Below, in pieces: positions 45,101 through 53,014 of a DNA stretch of 64,000 nucleotides (position 1 is the first letter of the stretch; each line of letters starts with the position of its first letter). Position numbers and translations under genes: made by a program. Under the pieces are notes generated by a model that did not search any database, was not told the origin of the DNA, and saw only the letters and a list, made by a program, of their open reading frames with translations. The DNA is from a virus (Duplodnaviria; Caudoviricetes), in the IMG/VR virus record IMGVR_UViG_3300030372_004521, positions 1-64,000 of that record. The stretch is one strand, 5' to 3'.

Positions 45101-46562
45101 GGCTATGGCTACTATAGTTGGTCAGATAAATAACGACAATAATATTGACCTAATGTATTACAACTTTTTTGCTGATGATGATGCTATTAATGGAGCAGGT
45201 CATGTTGATACTGGAAGTTGTACAGCAGACATATATGTTCAAACAGGCACTTATTCAGAATTGGTGGCACAAGGTGGAATCTCAGATGGAACACTTACAC
45301 CTTACGGAGATAAGACAGGTTCATCTGCCCCAACAGGACACGTAGCCGCAAGTTCAAGAGTTGTATTAGTACAAAATGCTAGTGGACAAGTTGGTATTAA
45401 TGATATTTCACCATCAGACACACTTGATGTAAATGGAACAGTTAGTTTAAAAAATACTAGTGCTACAGCAGCAAACTATGTTCACATACCTAGAGCTGGT
45501 GGAATTACTTTTTATGGTGATGCTAATCAACATCATGGCATCTTCTCAAGAAATCAAAGCAATAGTTCAGCAGATGATCTTATGATTACCTCTTATGGAG
45601 CGGTTTATATTGATTTAGATTCAAATGATAATAATAGTTCAGGTGCAGACTTTGTTATAGGTAAACATAATAGCACTAGTAATGATTTGTTCTTTGTTAA
45701 TGGAGAAAATGGTAATGTTGGAATAGGCACTTCTTCACCTGCACAAAAACTACATATTAAAGACACTAGCAATCCAGCTTCACCTAATGGCTCAGTAATT
45801 ATAGAAGGTCAAAGAGATGGTACTGCTAACTTAATGGAACTAAGAGCAAGAGACCATTCATCAACAAGCTCTGCTTTACCTAATGGACAAGGTGGAATTA
45901 TAAGAATGAATGGCTTTGACGGTACTGACTTTGAAGAAATGGCTTTTATCGGCTATCAAGCTGATGGTGCCGCAGTAGCTGACGGAGATGCCCCTAGTAG
46001 ATTAATATTTGGAACTACGACAGATGGTTCAGGTGTAGTAACAGAAAAAATGAGGATAGATAATGCAGGAAATGTCGGAATCGGAACAACCTCACCTAAT
46101 AAAGAATTAACTGTTATTGGTGATATTTCGTCAACAGGGACCGTATCTTGTGCAACCATATCTAAATTATCAGGATCATTTAAAATAGACCACCCACTAA
46201 AACCAAAAACACATTCTCTAGTTCATTCATTTGTTGAAAGCCCACAAGCTGATAACCTATATACTGGTGAAATCGAACTTAAAGAAGGTAAAGCAGAAAT
46301 TAATTTAGATGAATGGTTTGGAATGACAGAAGGAACAATAGTTGCTCTTAATAGAGATTTTAGAGTATTTACTACTAATGAATCAGATTGGGATAATGTT
46401 AAAGGTAAAATACAAAACAATATTTTAACTGTTTACTCTCAAAATGAAAAATCAACTGCTAAAGTTTCTTGGATGGTTGTGGGAGAAAGACAAGATAAAG
46501 AAATATATGAATCTGATTTAACTAATAGTGAAGGTAAAATTATAGTAGAACCAGAAAAGTGA
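39111..46562 (+). CDS. Central tail tip (J-like) protein fused to FN3 domains and a long modular fibre; C-terminus after ~45550 probably belongs to the second phage
   Basis: PR.IVYG..RVGG, G.K.YDPR, NPAL...D.L, FN3-like SW.NP.D.DL and YY.W.RAVD.SGN.S; about 11 G(N/D)VGIGT.SP-type repeats; ends SGSFKIDHP. Confidence 0.88.
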   Translation: MSKATREAIKMTIIAGLALATGNLLFAEAAVFTLTSGQILQTIVVGVATQIAVSYSRGLDSNSANFGSKIVRQDPIAPRQIVYGKTRVGGNVVFMDTTGTDNSELHLVVAIAGHEINSVEKIFVNDVELTSTTSTINSETVHTVTNTHFTNTENDYTTFGSGRLMRFTTELGADNQESNGYLVNNTSFTTDHDLKGIAYVYFHMIYDREKLGRLPQMQFEVKGKKLYDPRSTETAWTDSSGKDIGRNPALIARDILTDTRYGVKATTGTNGEINDSTDAGGFANAANACEVSITDGSGGTENKYVADGFSHMSTNQADILAGIMGSCAGKISYANGQFGMFVGVAQTPSLTITDDDLISELQIQNATAQGMVFNTVKAVYVNSANDYVSSDAPIRNAGTNPSGSGESYLATDTPTGGTQANFRQTFEMKLPFVTSQTQAQRLSKLALDYQRRTKMVTVSTSLKFLRVQPSDWVYLTNSRMGWTNKVFEVLSAKVDTTTEGSLFCSLQLKEIDSNVFAFVANDYIVGQADGSLGDSGGFTLGAPTLASDGLSEVVYNDNGTAKIALDVTWTNSSSAGIGATEIQWRLGGSFGTPTSVAEVSPDINTFRIPDMIAGQTVYVRVRHTNSTQLGTFSTTRSRTIAGDTTAPSVPTSLSVSTGLPQMRISWVNPSDTDLRSIKIYRRTANTDPTDDTYLVATVSGEPAKAMDVVQGASDGLSYNTTYYFWLRAVDFSGNQSNFTSSANGSFARIGDGDFQGSGGSTYRQSQAGNNNAPTDSAFNSSFGRLPRNNDVLVSTNTTNKESIAYKYSGQTSGSAGGGGSFSDLGFFLTGDLIGLEGEGVQDVISNTTTGNQGAITFNKHTQKMQTYGNYEADTDFLPTIDLYSQRKTGGQTSGGSGEGKSGSLTFSTNLWSSSSGNLAAEETIGGIYMDMNSRTEGFGNNSTNPSAKMLFKLIQAPVLSGNDYNNYTILELDRHNGSHLNSGLDIDPNITDHALKIDGTEVITSSRNLTNIGTIASGNITVTGSVTISADLTVSGTTTTIDTTNLDVKDKNITLNYGSGDTSSNADGAGITIQDAVDASTNATFTWNASDDNFELSHGLDFGDSAKIRLGTDNDLQIYHDGSNARIREITGELRLQTTSSGVNALVAKSNAAVELYHAGSKKLETSSSGIDVTGNVSLTGDVTISNAGPTLYLTDTDNNPDWQIKNGNGNLRFIDATNSVDVLTLTSSDVTIDAGGDIILDADGQDVIFKDGGTQFGSIRKNGNNIQLMASIEDGDITFHGDDGGSAITAMAIDMSAGGNVGIGTTSPTGKLNIVSGSSGSYLVNLDYNDGTDGGGFYQSGSTGLSLFLKNSSATQTVQIATAGDSYFNGGNVGIGTSSPTAKLHIHNTSTTSDGDGTADESPTGQDSILLYGHGGTNGQTYGGITWLGGSRRRAMISAVAENTDTDFVGLAFYTQGTDGSGDFNESMRIARDGDVGIGTQSPSFSAGSGLEISRAGPATLRLEDTDGTTGATELVQVDADGYLLTRQSSSALIFGINSSEKMRLASSGDVGIGTSSPDRLLTLQGDNSYMWMKDAGGGNVAFIGGDGANDGFIRLYNGSHSAKVEIQSDGDTYFNGGDVGIGSSSPEEKLHVSGNILLDDGDPRLYFQTGSSHYNWKIAAQDSTNKGFEISSGAADGDANSDTYTPRIVIEADTGDVGIGTTAPASPLHVETADDQIADFYSTDTDGYIRVRDSNDSLYVSSDNAVGSFGGNAGANANNINISLTSGAVGIGTTSPSSSLHVAKANAALGFDAGLWISSNPSDYTAGRGGGITFQNVDVYTAGIYGLRETSSWEGALAFYTHTDGSGNTFGSTFTEKMRLTNEGRLGIGTTSPSYALHITSASDGINISGSSAFVRWNSGDMQIRNAGSYSMAFDTYDGSALTEKMTIDTQGNVKVSKGGISYDGEGKIYSWRAQNNAGNASNYTKIASVSGSHSTRFYINLYGRSQGYSDGVLGAMATIVGQINNDNNIDLMYYNFFADDDAINGAGHVDTGSCTADIYVQTGTYSELVAQGGISDGTLTPYGDKTGSSAPTGHVAASSRVVLVQNASGQVGINDISPSDTLDVNGTVSLKNTSATAANYVHIPRAGGITFYGDANQHHGIFSRNQSNSSADDLMITSYGAVYIDLDSNDNNSSGADFVIGKHNSTSNDLFFVNGENGNVGIGTSSPAQKLHIKDTSNPASPNGSVIIEGQRDGTANLMELRARDHSSTSSALPNGQGGIIRMNGFDGTDFEEMAFIGYQADGAAVADGDAPSRLIFGTTTDGSGVVTEKMRIDNAGNVGIGTTSPNKELTVIGDISSTGTVSCATISKLSGSFKIDHPLKPKTHSLVHSFVESPQADNLYTGEIELKEGKAEINLDEWFGMTEGTIVALNRDFRVFTTNESDWDNVKGKIQNNILTVYSQNEKSTAKVSWMVVGERQDKEIYESDLTNSEGKIIVEPEK
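45291..45553 (+). repeat. Direct repeat copy B (matches 1..263); closes a 45,290-bp circle
   Basis: Direct nucleotide comparison; same reading frame. Confidence 0.95.
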
Positions 46563-46714
46563 ATTTAGAAGAAGAAATAAATAAGCTTAAATTAGATGTA
46601 GAAAGTCTTAAAAAAGATTCACACCCACCCAAAGGATTATTAGATCTTGATGGTGCAGCAGAATTAATAAAAAAAATTTCAAAATTGGAAGATTTAATTT
46701 ATAAAGCACAATAA
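46559..46714 (+). CDS. Small coiled-coil protein, 51 aa, not in ORF track
   Basis: GTGA overlap with the fibre stop; MNLEEEINKLKLDVESLKKDSHPPK... Confidence 0.6.
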   Translation: MNLEEEINKLKLDVESLKKDSHPPKGLLDLDGAAELIKKISKLEDLIYKAQ

Positions 46715-46720
46715 ATAGAG

Positions 46721-46726
46721 TATAAT
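46721..46726 (+). promoter_or_regulatory. -10 TATAAT 8 nt before ATG 46735
   Basis: Conserved with 1284-1289 although the upstream genes are unrelated. Confidence 0.55.
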
Positions 46727-46734
46727 TTTTAATT

Positions 46735-47073
46735 ATGGCAATAAGTTATACATGGAATACAAAACAACACGAATACTATCCAACTCATAATAGTAAAACA
46801 AAAGTCGTTCATACTGTTCATTGGAGATTATTGGCAACTGATTCAGATAAAGATGAAAACGGTGTTAATTATACAGCCGAAACTTATGGTGCTTGCAGTC
46901 TGGACACTTCTGATCTATCTAGTTGGGTAGCTTATGGAAGTGTAGATGAGGCTAAAACTCAAGCCTGGGTAGAAGCTACATTAGGTTCTACAGAGGTGGC
47001 TAGTGTTAAGTCAGGTCTAGATGCTCAAATTGCAGGAATAAAATCACCTACAAGCGTAAGTGCTAGCCTTTAA
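46735..47073 (+). CDS. Conserved phage protein, first gene of cassette copy 2
   Basis: 98/112 identical to 1298..1636. Confidence 0.8.
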   Translation: MAISYTWNTKQHEYYPTHNSKTKVVHTVHWRLLATDSDKDENGVNYTAETYGACSLDTSDLSSWVAYGSVDEAKTQAWVEATLGSTEVASVKSGLDAQIAGIKSPTSVSASL

Positions 47074-47101
47074 TTATAAAGAATAAATAACACATTTCTA
47101 A

Positions 47102-47452
47102 ATGGAGCAAGCAGTCTCAATAATAACGGAGTTGGGCTTCCCAATAGCAGCGGCTTTTGGTCTAGGAATATTTGTTTGGAAATTAATAATGAAAATTATT
47201 AATGGAATGGAACAAAAATTAGACACCCTAGATGAAAAAGTTAAAACAAGTTTAGATACTATGGAGGAAAGAGTTTCAACAAAACTTGATACTCAGTATG
47301 GGATTATTGTATCTTTAATTGATAGGGTAAGAGCCTTAGATAATCAAACGATTAGACAAGATGTTCTGTTAAAAACATTATTAGGAGTCCCTAATTTAAT
47401 TGATATAGAGAAAATAGCAAAGGCAGATAGAGATGACCAAAGGAAAGATTAG
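47102..47452 (+). CDS. Single-TM coiled-coil membrane protein
   Basis: Homolog of 1645..1995. Confidence 0.65.
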   Translation: MEQAVSIITELGFPIAAAFGLGIFVWKLIMKIINGMEQKLDTLDEKVKTSLDTMEERVSTKLDTQYGIIVSLIDRVRALDNQTIRQDVLLKTLLGVPNLIDIEKIAKADRDDQRKD

Positions 47453-47873
47453 TTTAGTATTAATAATATGTTTATCAGTATCATCTGATGAAATGGTCCA
47501 TAAATTTAAATCCCCGTCTTTTAGCGGAATAGGCACCTCAGCTCATTATTTAACCATTGAGAACCAGGAGCATATGCGTAAAATGACAATAAAAGAAGAA
47601 ATAAAAGCCCTACAAGAAGAATTAGAAAGAGATGCAGAGAACACTACCTTAGCTAGATTTTTGCGTAATTTAGAGTCTAGGGTGTATGCACAATTATCTA
47701 GGCAATTAGTTGAAAATCTTTTTGGTGAAACTCCTAGTGATAACGGAATATTAGAATTAGAGGGAAATACTATTGAATATAGTGTTGTTGATGGAGTCAT
47801 AACTTTAACCATTACAGATGTGGAGGGCAATGAAACTACCATACAAATTCCTGTGGGTAGCTTTACTTTTTAA
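47433..47873 (+). CDS. csgF: CsgF-like
   Basis: MVHKFKSPSFSG, LESRVYAQLSRQLV; homolog of 1976..2467. Confidence 0.85.
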   Translation: MTKGKISLVLIICLSVSSDEMVHKFKSPSFSGIGTSAHYLTIENQEHMRKMTIKEEIKALQEELERDAENTTLARFLRNLESRVYAQLSRQLVENLFGETPSDNGILELEGNTIEYSVVDGVITLTITDVEGNETTIQIPVGSFTF

Positions 47874-48708
47874 TCTTACAGGTTGTGCATTATTATTTGA
47901 CCCAATAGAGAATAACCTACCCCCAATAGAAAGAATAGAAAATGCTACGATAGACACATTATTAGTGCCTGAACTTGCTAATGTTAATTTAACAAGCCTT
48001 CAAAAGCCAGTAGTAGCAATATACCCTCTTTCTTTTACAGACCAGACAGGACAAAGAAGAAGTAATAGTTCTTATGCAACTTTTAGTACAGCAGTAACAC
48101 AAGCTCCTCATGCTTATTTAATAAGAGCACTAAAGCACGCTGGCGAAAATAATGGTGGTGTTTTTGAAGTTGTTGAAAGAGTAGGGCTCGACAATGTTAC
48201 AAAAGAACGCCAAATTATTCGTAGTACCCGCCAAGAGTTCGGGGAAGAAAATAAATTGCCAAGTTTAATGTTTGCTGGCTTGATAATGGAAGGTGGTGTG
48301 ATATCTTATGAGAGTAATATTGAAAGTGGAGGTGCCGGAAGTCGATATCTAGGCATTGGAGCCAGCCGTCAATTCCGCAGAGATACAGTAACTGTTTCAT
48401 TAAGAACTGTTTCTGTAAGCACTGGCACTATTTTAATGGAAGTTCTTGTAACTAAAACCATATTAAGTGCTTCACTAGATACTGATGTTTTTAGATTTGT
48501 ATCAGATTCAACAGAATTAGTAGAGATAGAAGCAGGTTTAGTAAGAAATGAATCTATTAATATTGCCTTACAAACAGCTGTAGAAACTGCGGTATTACAA
48601 ACAATAAAAGAAGGAAATAAAAAAGGTTATTGGAGCATAGATGAGTATAATGAGATTAAAATTGATAAGCCTTGTGATGATGCTGAGTGCATTGATATAC
48701 GGGGATGA
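47818..48708 (+). CDS. csgG: CsgG-like lipoprotein
   Basis: Lipobox LTGC; DQTGQR, FSTAVTQ, VVER.GLDN.TKERQIIR, DTVTVSLR.VSV.TG. Confidence 0.92.
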   Translation: MWRAMKLPYKFLWVALLFNLTGCALLFDPIENNLPPIERIENATIDTLLVPELANVNLTSLQKPVVAIYPLSFTDQTGQRRSNSSYATFSTAVTQAPHAYLIRALKHAGENNGGVFEVVERVGLDNVTKERQIIRSTRQEFGEENKLPSLMFAGLIMEGGVISYESNIESGGAGSRYLGIGASRQFRRDTVTVSLRTVSVSTGTILMEVLVTKTILSASLDTDVFRFVSDSTELVEIEAGLVRNESINIALQTAVETAVLQTIKEGNKKGYWSIDEYNEIKIDKPCDDAECIDIRG

Positions 48709-49360
48709 TAATGAGATATATGTTTCCCAGTCAGGAGCTACCGCAAATATTGATTTAGTCCAGCTAGGAAGCGGAAATATGATTGGAGGGCTAGATTCCA
48801 CATCAGGAAACTTAACGCCATTTGATCTTGATGGTGGAAGCCTAAATTTAATATTAAAACAAATAGGTGATGGCAATAGCTTTTTAGGCGATATTTATGG
48901 TGACAATATTACAGCAACCTTTGAATTTGATGGGGATAACAATGCTTTTACAATACAAGCAGACCCTGATAACACTTATGGAATAAGTGGTTCCAACTAT
49001 GATGTTTCAGTTGTTGGAAATAGCAACACTTTTAGCTTAGAAACAGGAACAACAGCACTATCAGACAATCTCGATATGGACTGGACTGTCAATGGGGATG
49101 GGAATAATTTCGATTTTTCAGTAAACTATGATGGTGGAACTAATTTTGTTGATGTTGATGGTAATGATAATACTATTAATTTTGAAGGAACTGGGTACGC
49201 AAATGGATATTTTTATTTAGACCAAACGGGCAATGATAGGACATTTGAAATTTTCCAGTCATCAACACTGGCAAGCGACTGGCTTACAATACTTAGCACT
49301 GGTTCTGATGGTGTCATCTGCATTCAACAAGATGACAGCGGACTCTCAGTCAGTTGTTGA
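48641..49360 (+). CDS. Curlin-like secreted beta-solenoid protein
   Basis: Signal peptide; NEIYVSQSG, QLGSGN, QIGDGN, DGDNN, VGNSN, NGDGN, DGNDN, DQTGND repeats; terminal Cys pair. Confidence 0.75.
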   Translation: MSIMRLKLISLVMMLSALIYGDDNEIYVSQSGATANIDLVQLGSGNMIGGLDSTSGNLTPFDLDGGSLNLILKQIGDGNSFLGDIYGDNITATFEFDGDNNAFTIQADPDNTYGISGSNYDVSVVGNSNTFSLETGTTALSDNLDMDWTVNGDGNNFDFSVNYDGGTNFVDVDGNDNTINFEGTGYANGYFYLDQTGNDRTFEIFQSSTLASDWLTILSTGSDGVICIQQDDSGLSVSC

Positions 49361-50390
49361 TGTAGGAAACATATCTGAACTTAATGGTTCTGCTCAAATT
49401 GTAAGGGATCAACCTTACACCGCAGAACTAAAATTTGATATAAAACAAGATGACCAAGCCGTTACAGCTAACGGCAGAATGGCAATTACTTTTTTAGATG
49501 ACTCTATAGTGAGGCTTACTCCTCATTCAAAATTAACTATAGATGAATATATATACGATAGTAATCCTTCTAATTCTAAAATGGCTATAACTTTTGCCTT
49601 AGGCACGGTCAGATTTGTAACAGGAAACTTAAATAAAATTGATAAAAATAATATTAAACTATCGACCCCAACTGCTAATATTGCTATTAGAGGCACAGAT
49701 TTTACTTGTACAGTGGATGAGCTGGGGCGTTCTCTCATTATTTTATTGCCTGATATTCATGGTGTTTCGAGTGGGGAAATTATTGTTACAACCGCAGCAG
49801 GATCAGTCACTCTTAATAAACCATACCAAGCAACCACAGTATCAGTATTTGAAAACGAACCAGCAAAACCTGTAATTCTGGATTTAGATCTTAGTCAAAT
49901 TGACAATATGTTGATAGTTAATCCACCTAAAGAACAAGAACTTAATAATGATGAATCTTCTAAAACAACCAATACTAATATCTTGGATGTTGATTATTTA
50001 GAGTTTGAAGACTTAGATATAGATTATCTTGCTAAAGATGACTTAGAGTTTAATGAACTTGATATTAATTATTTAGATGTAAATTTTTTAGAAGATTTAC
50101 TAGATGTTATAGATGCTCTTAATGTTGCTGAAGAAGAAGATGAGCTCGCACAAAATATAAATTCTGTAAACATAACTGGAACTAATTTTGGACAGGACCC
50201 AGACACACAAATAACTACATTTTTAACCGGACAAACGCTTACTCTTATGCGTAGTGTTGCAGAGTCAGCAAGAGTTGATATAGACTCTTCTAGCAGTTTT
50301 ACAGTTATTTTTATTCAAGATGGAATTTCTAGAACTGTAAAAATAAATGGAGGTTCGGGGAGCATTATTAAAATAACCCAAAGTGATTAA
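49233..50390 (+). CDS. FecR-domain protein (start uncertain)
   Basis: T.NGRM.I.F.DDS...L..HS.L.IDEY.YD, TP.A.I.IRGT.F; homolog of 3801..4958. Confidence 0.85.
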   Translation: MIGHLKFSSHQHWQATGLQYLALVLMVSSAFNKMTADSQSVVDVGNISELNGSAQIVRDQPYTAELKFDIKQDDQAVTANGRMAITFLDDSIVRLTPHSKLTIDEYIYDSNPSNSKMAITFALGTVRFVTGNLNKIDKNNIKLSTPTANIAIRGTDFTCTVDELGRSLIILLPDIHGVSSGEIIVTTAAGSVTLNKPYQATTVSVFENEPAKPVILDLDLSQIDNMLIVNPPKEQELNNDESSKTTNTNILDVDYLEFEDLDIDYLAKDDLEFNELDINYLDVNFLEDLLDVIDALNVAEEEDELAQNINSVNITGTNFGQDPDTQITTFLTGQTLTLMRSVAESARVDIDSSSSFTVIFIQDGISRTVKINGGSGSIIKITQSD

Positions 50391-52126
50391 TGAATAAAAT
50401 ACTATTAATATTACTTATAGTTCTCGGCTTACCATTAGTTTTTCAAAGCACTCCTACAGAAATACTAAAATTAAAAACTTTTGATTATTTGGTTCCTGAA
50501 AAAGAACCATCAGGCTACTTTACTATATTAAACATAACAGAAAAAGATATAGACAATGAGGGGGGATATCCTATTCCAAGAGCTCGATTAGCAGAGATTC
50601 AAAGAGAGCTTATAAGAAATGGTGCTATTGGTGTTGGTTGGGTAATTTCATTTCCACATCCTGATAGGATGGGAGGGGACCAAGTATTTGGAGAGTCTCT
50701 TAAACAAAGTACATCAATTTTAGCAATGTTTGAATCCCCAAATCAAATATACCCAGAAACTGTTGGAACAGTGATACTTGGGGACAATAATGGTGGTATG
50801 TTATCTAAAGGTGTAGTTCAAAATACTCCTAACCTTAGATATTATGCACAAGAGGGTATTGCAACTGCACCTACCGATGTTGATAATTTGGTTCGCAAAA
50901 TACCTCTCTTATTAAGAACCCCTGAAGGCTATGTACCATCTTTTGGTACTGAGGTCTTAAAAGCTTTAGTTGGAGCAGATACCTATGTAATAAAAACCAA
51001 TGATCTTGGAATAGAGGAAATTAGAGTTAAAGGTCTGCCGCCAATTAAAACAGACTCTTACGGAAGAAAATGGATTAGTTGGGTTAAGACTCCAGAAACC
51101 ACATTAGAAGAAATGGATGTTGAAGGTAAGTTTGTATTTGTTGGAATTACTGCTCCAGGAGTTATGCCACAAATTGCAACTCCAGCAGGATTATTGGAGC
51201 CACACAAAATTCAAGCAGCATTATCTGAGTCAATTCTAATTCCAGACTCACCATATATTCCAGATTGGGCATTAGCTGCTGAAATTTTAATTTTCTTAAT
51301 TTTTGTCTCTCTTATTTGGCTTGTAATCAATTTTATGGGCACTAGGAAGGGTTTAGGTATGGTTATAATTATAATGGGCTCTACGGGCTTTACAGGCTTT
51401 TATATTATAAATAAAGGCATTTTACTGGATTTTAGCTACACTTTAGCGTCAGAATTTATTACTGCTAGCGTTGCTTACTATATAAACTTCAGAAAACAGT
51501 ATTTACTTCGCCAACAAACCAAAAAACAATTTGAACATTACTTAGATCCCCGACAAGTAAAAATTCTTCAAGATAATCCTGAGCTGCTGAAACTCGGGGG
51601 AGAAAGAAAATATTGCACCTTTATGTTCACTGATGTAAGAAATTTCACATCTATGTCAGAATCTTTATCCCCAGAAGAAGTAACTAAATTAATGAATAAG
51701 GTTCTTACTATACAATCAGATTGTGTAAAGTTTTACGATGGTTGTATTGATAAGTTTATTGGGGATGCTGGATTTTTTGTTTTTAATGCACCATTACCTT
51801 TAGAAAAACATGAAGAAGCTGCTGTTTTATGTGCTATAGAAATGCAAGATAAAATGAAATCTTCAGGGCTTGGTGTAGAAATAGGCGTGGGAATATGCTC
51901 TGGTGAAGCAGTTCAAGGAAACCTTGGTAGTTTAGATCGTTTTGATTGGACCTCAATCGGTATGCCAGTAAATCAAGCAGCAAGGCTTGAAAGCTCTACT
52001 AAAACTGTTGGGGAAAATATATTGATATCAGAATCTACTGCAAAAAAATGTGATTTTGAGTTAAAATTATTAGAACCAATAAAAGTTAAGGGCGTAAGTA
52101 AACCCTTAAATATATATACAGTGTAA
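50390..52126 (+). CDS. CHASE2-domain class III adenylate cyclase
   Basis: N-terminal TM, CHASE2, 3 TMs, MFTDVRNFT, DKFIGDA, WTSIG.PVNQAARLE. Confidence 0.9.
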   Translation: MNKILLILLIVLGLPLVFQSTPTEILKLKTFDYLVPEKEPSGYFTILNITEKDIDNEGGYPIPRARLAEIQRELIRNGAIGVGWVISFPHPDRMGGDQVFGESLKQSTSILAMFESPNQIYPETVGTVILGDNNGGMLSKGVVQNTPNLRYYAQEGIATAPTDVDNLVRKIPLLLRTPEGYVPSFGTEVLKALVGADTYVIKTNDLGIEEIRVKGLPPIKTDSYGRKWISWVKTPETTLEEMDVEGKFVFVGITAPGVMPQIATPAGLLEPHKIQAALSESILIPDSPYIPDWALAAEILIFLIFVSLIWLVINFMGTRKGLGMVIIIMGSTGFTGFYIINKGILLDFSYTLASEFITASVAYYINFRKQYLLRQQTKKQFEHYLDPRQVKILQDNPELLKLGGERKYCTFMFTDVRNFTSMSESLSPEEVTKLMNKVLTIQSDCVKFYDGCIDKFIGDAGFFVFNAPLPLEKHEEAAVLCAIEMQDKMKSSGLGVEIGVGICSGEAVQGNLGSLDRFDWTSIGMPVNQAARLESSTKTVGENILISESTAKKCDFELKLLEPIKVKGVSKPLNIYTV

Positions 52127-52134
52127 GGATTTAT

Positions 52135-52611
52135 ATGAAAAATTTATTAAAAAATATTGTCGGTGCTGTAGCACCAACACTCGGAACAGCATTAGGCGGA
52201 CCTTTAGGGGGTATGGCTAGTAATGTTATATGTGAAGTTTTAGGTTGCCCTAACAACCCTAAAGCTATAGAAAAGGCTGTTGCTGAGGCAACACCAGAAC
52301 AGATGATGCAGCTTAAAAAAGCAGAGCAAGAATTTGAGGTGCAGATGAAAGAGTTAGATGTTGATATCTTTAAACTCGAAACAGAAGATGTACAAGACGC
52401 TAGATCAAAATTTAGTGGTGACTGGACATCTAGATTTCTTGGTTTTATAACTATTGGTGGCTTTATGGGTTATATCTTTCTGGTTACTTTACAACCGCCT
52501 GAACAAAATTCAGAAGCACTAATAAATTTAGTTTTAGGATATTTAGGTGGTTTAGCTAGTGCTGTGATATCTTTTTATTTTGGAGCCTCACATACAAAGG
52601 AGGACAAATGA
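52135..52611 (+). CDS. Holin (3-TM, GTA-holin-like)
   Basis: Highly similar to 6739..7218. Confidence 0.7.
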   Translation: MKNLLKNIVGAVAPTLGTALGGPLGGMASNVICEVLGCPNNPKAIEKAVAEATPEQMMQLKKAEQEFEVQMKELDVDIFKLETEDVQDARSKFSGDWTSRFLGFITIGGFMGYIFLVTLQPPEQNSEALINLVLGYLGGLASAVISFYFGASHTKEDK

Positions 52612-52760
52612 GTTTTTGGGAAAAAGTTGGCAACTTCTTTGGTTGGGTTAAGGTTAGAAGTCGTGATGAAAACGGCAGATATGTAGCTGATGATAAAACT
52701 ACAGCAAAGAATGAAGCTTACACAATGGTGCATAAAGATTTAGTCAAGAAAAAGAAATGA
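52608..52760 (+). CDS. Small protein, 50 aa, with RSR...G.YVADD......NEAY motif; not in ORF track
   Basis: AGGAGG RBS; ATGA overlaps on both sides. Confidence 0.7.
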   Translation: MSFWEKVGNFFGWVKVRSRDENGRYVADDKTTAKNEAYTMVHKDLVKKKK

Positions 52761-53005
52761 TTGAATATAGAGGCGAAAAATTTAGTGGTTATAACAAACC
52801 TAAAAGAACTCCAGGAAAAAGTAAAAAATTTGCTGTAGTGGCTAAGGTAAAGGATAAAATAAAATTAATTCGTTTTGGTGACCCTAATATGAAAATTAAA
52901 AAAAACCAACCGGCAAGACGGAAAAGTTTTAGGGCAAGACACAAGTGTGATACTAGCCCTCCAAGTAAACTAACAGCAAGATATTGGTCTTGCAAAAAAT
53001 GGTAA
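52757..53005 (+). CDS. Small basic protein
   Basis: Lys/Arg-rich; RFGD.NM......RRKSFRARH.C, ARYWSCK.W motif. Confidence 0.75.
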   Translation: MIEYRGEKFSGYNKPKRTPGKSKKFAVVAKVKDKIKLIRFGDPNMKIKKNQPARRKSFRARHKCDTSPPSKLTARYWSCKKW

Positions 53006-53014
53006 GGAGATAGA

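Noticed and set aside
42990-46100. CRISPR-like repeat-spacer array
   Set aside because: Repeats are conserved at protein level with synonymous variation, spaced 200-350 nt apart and inside one ORF
1298-52611. Tandem duplication of the cassette within one genome
   Set aside because: The copies are well diverged, sit in incompatible virion gene sets and differ in TCGA/CCAG usage; the 1/45291 repeat explains them as two genomes
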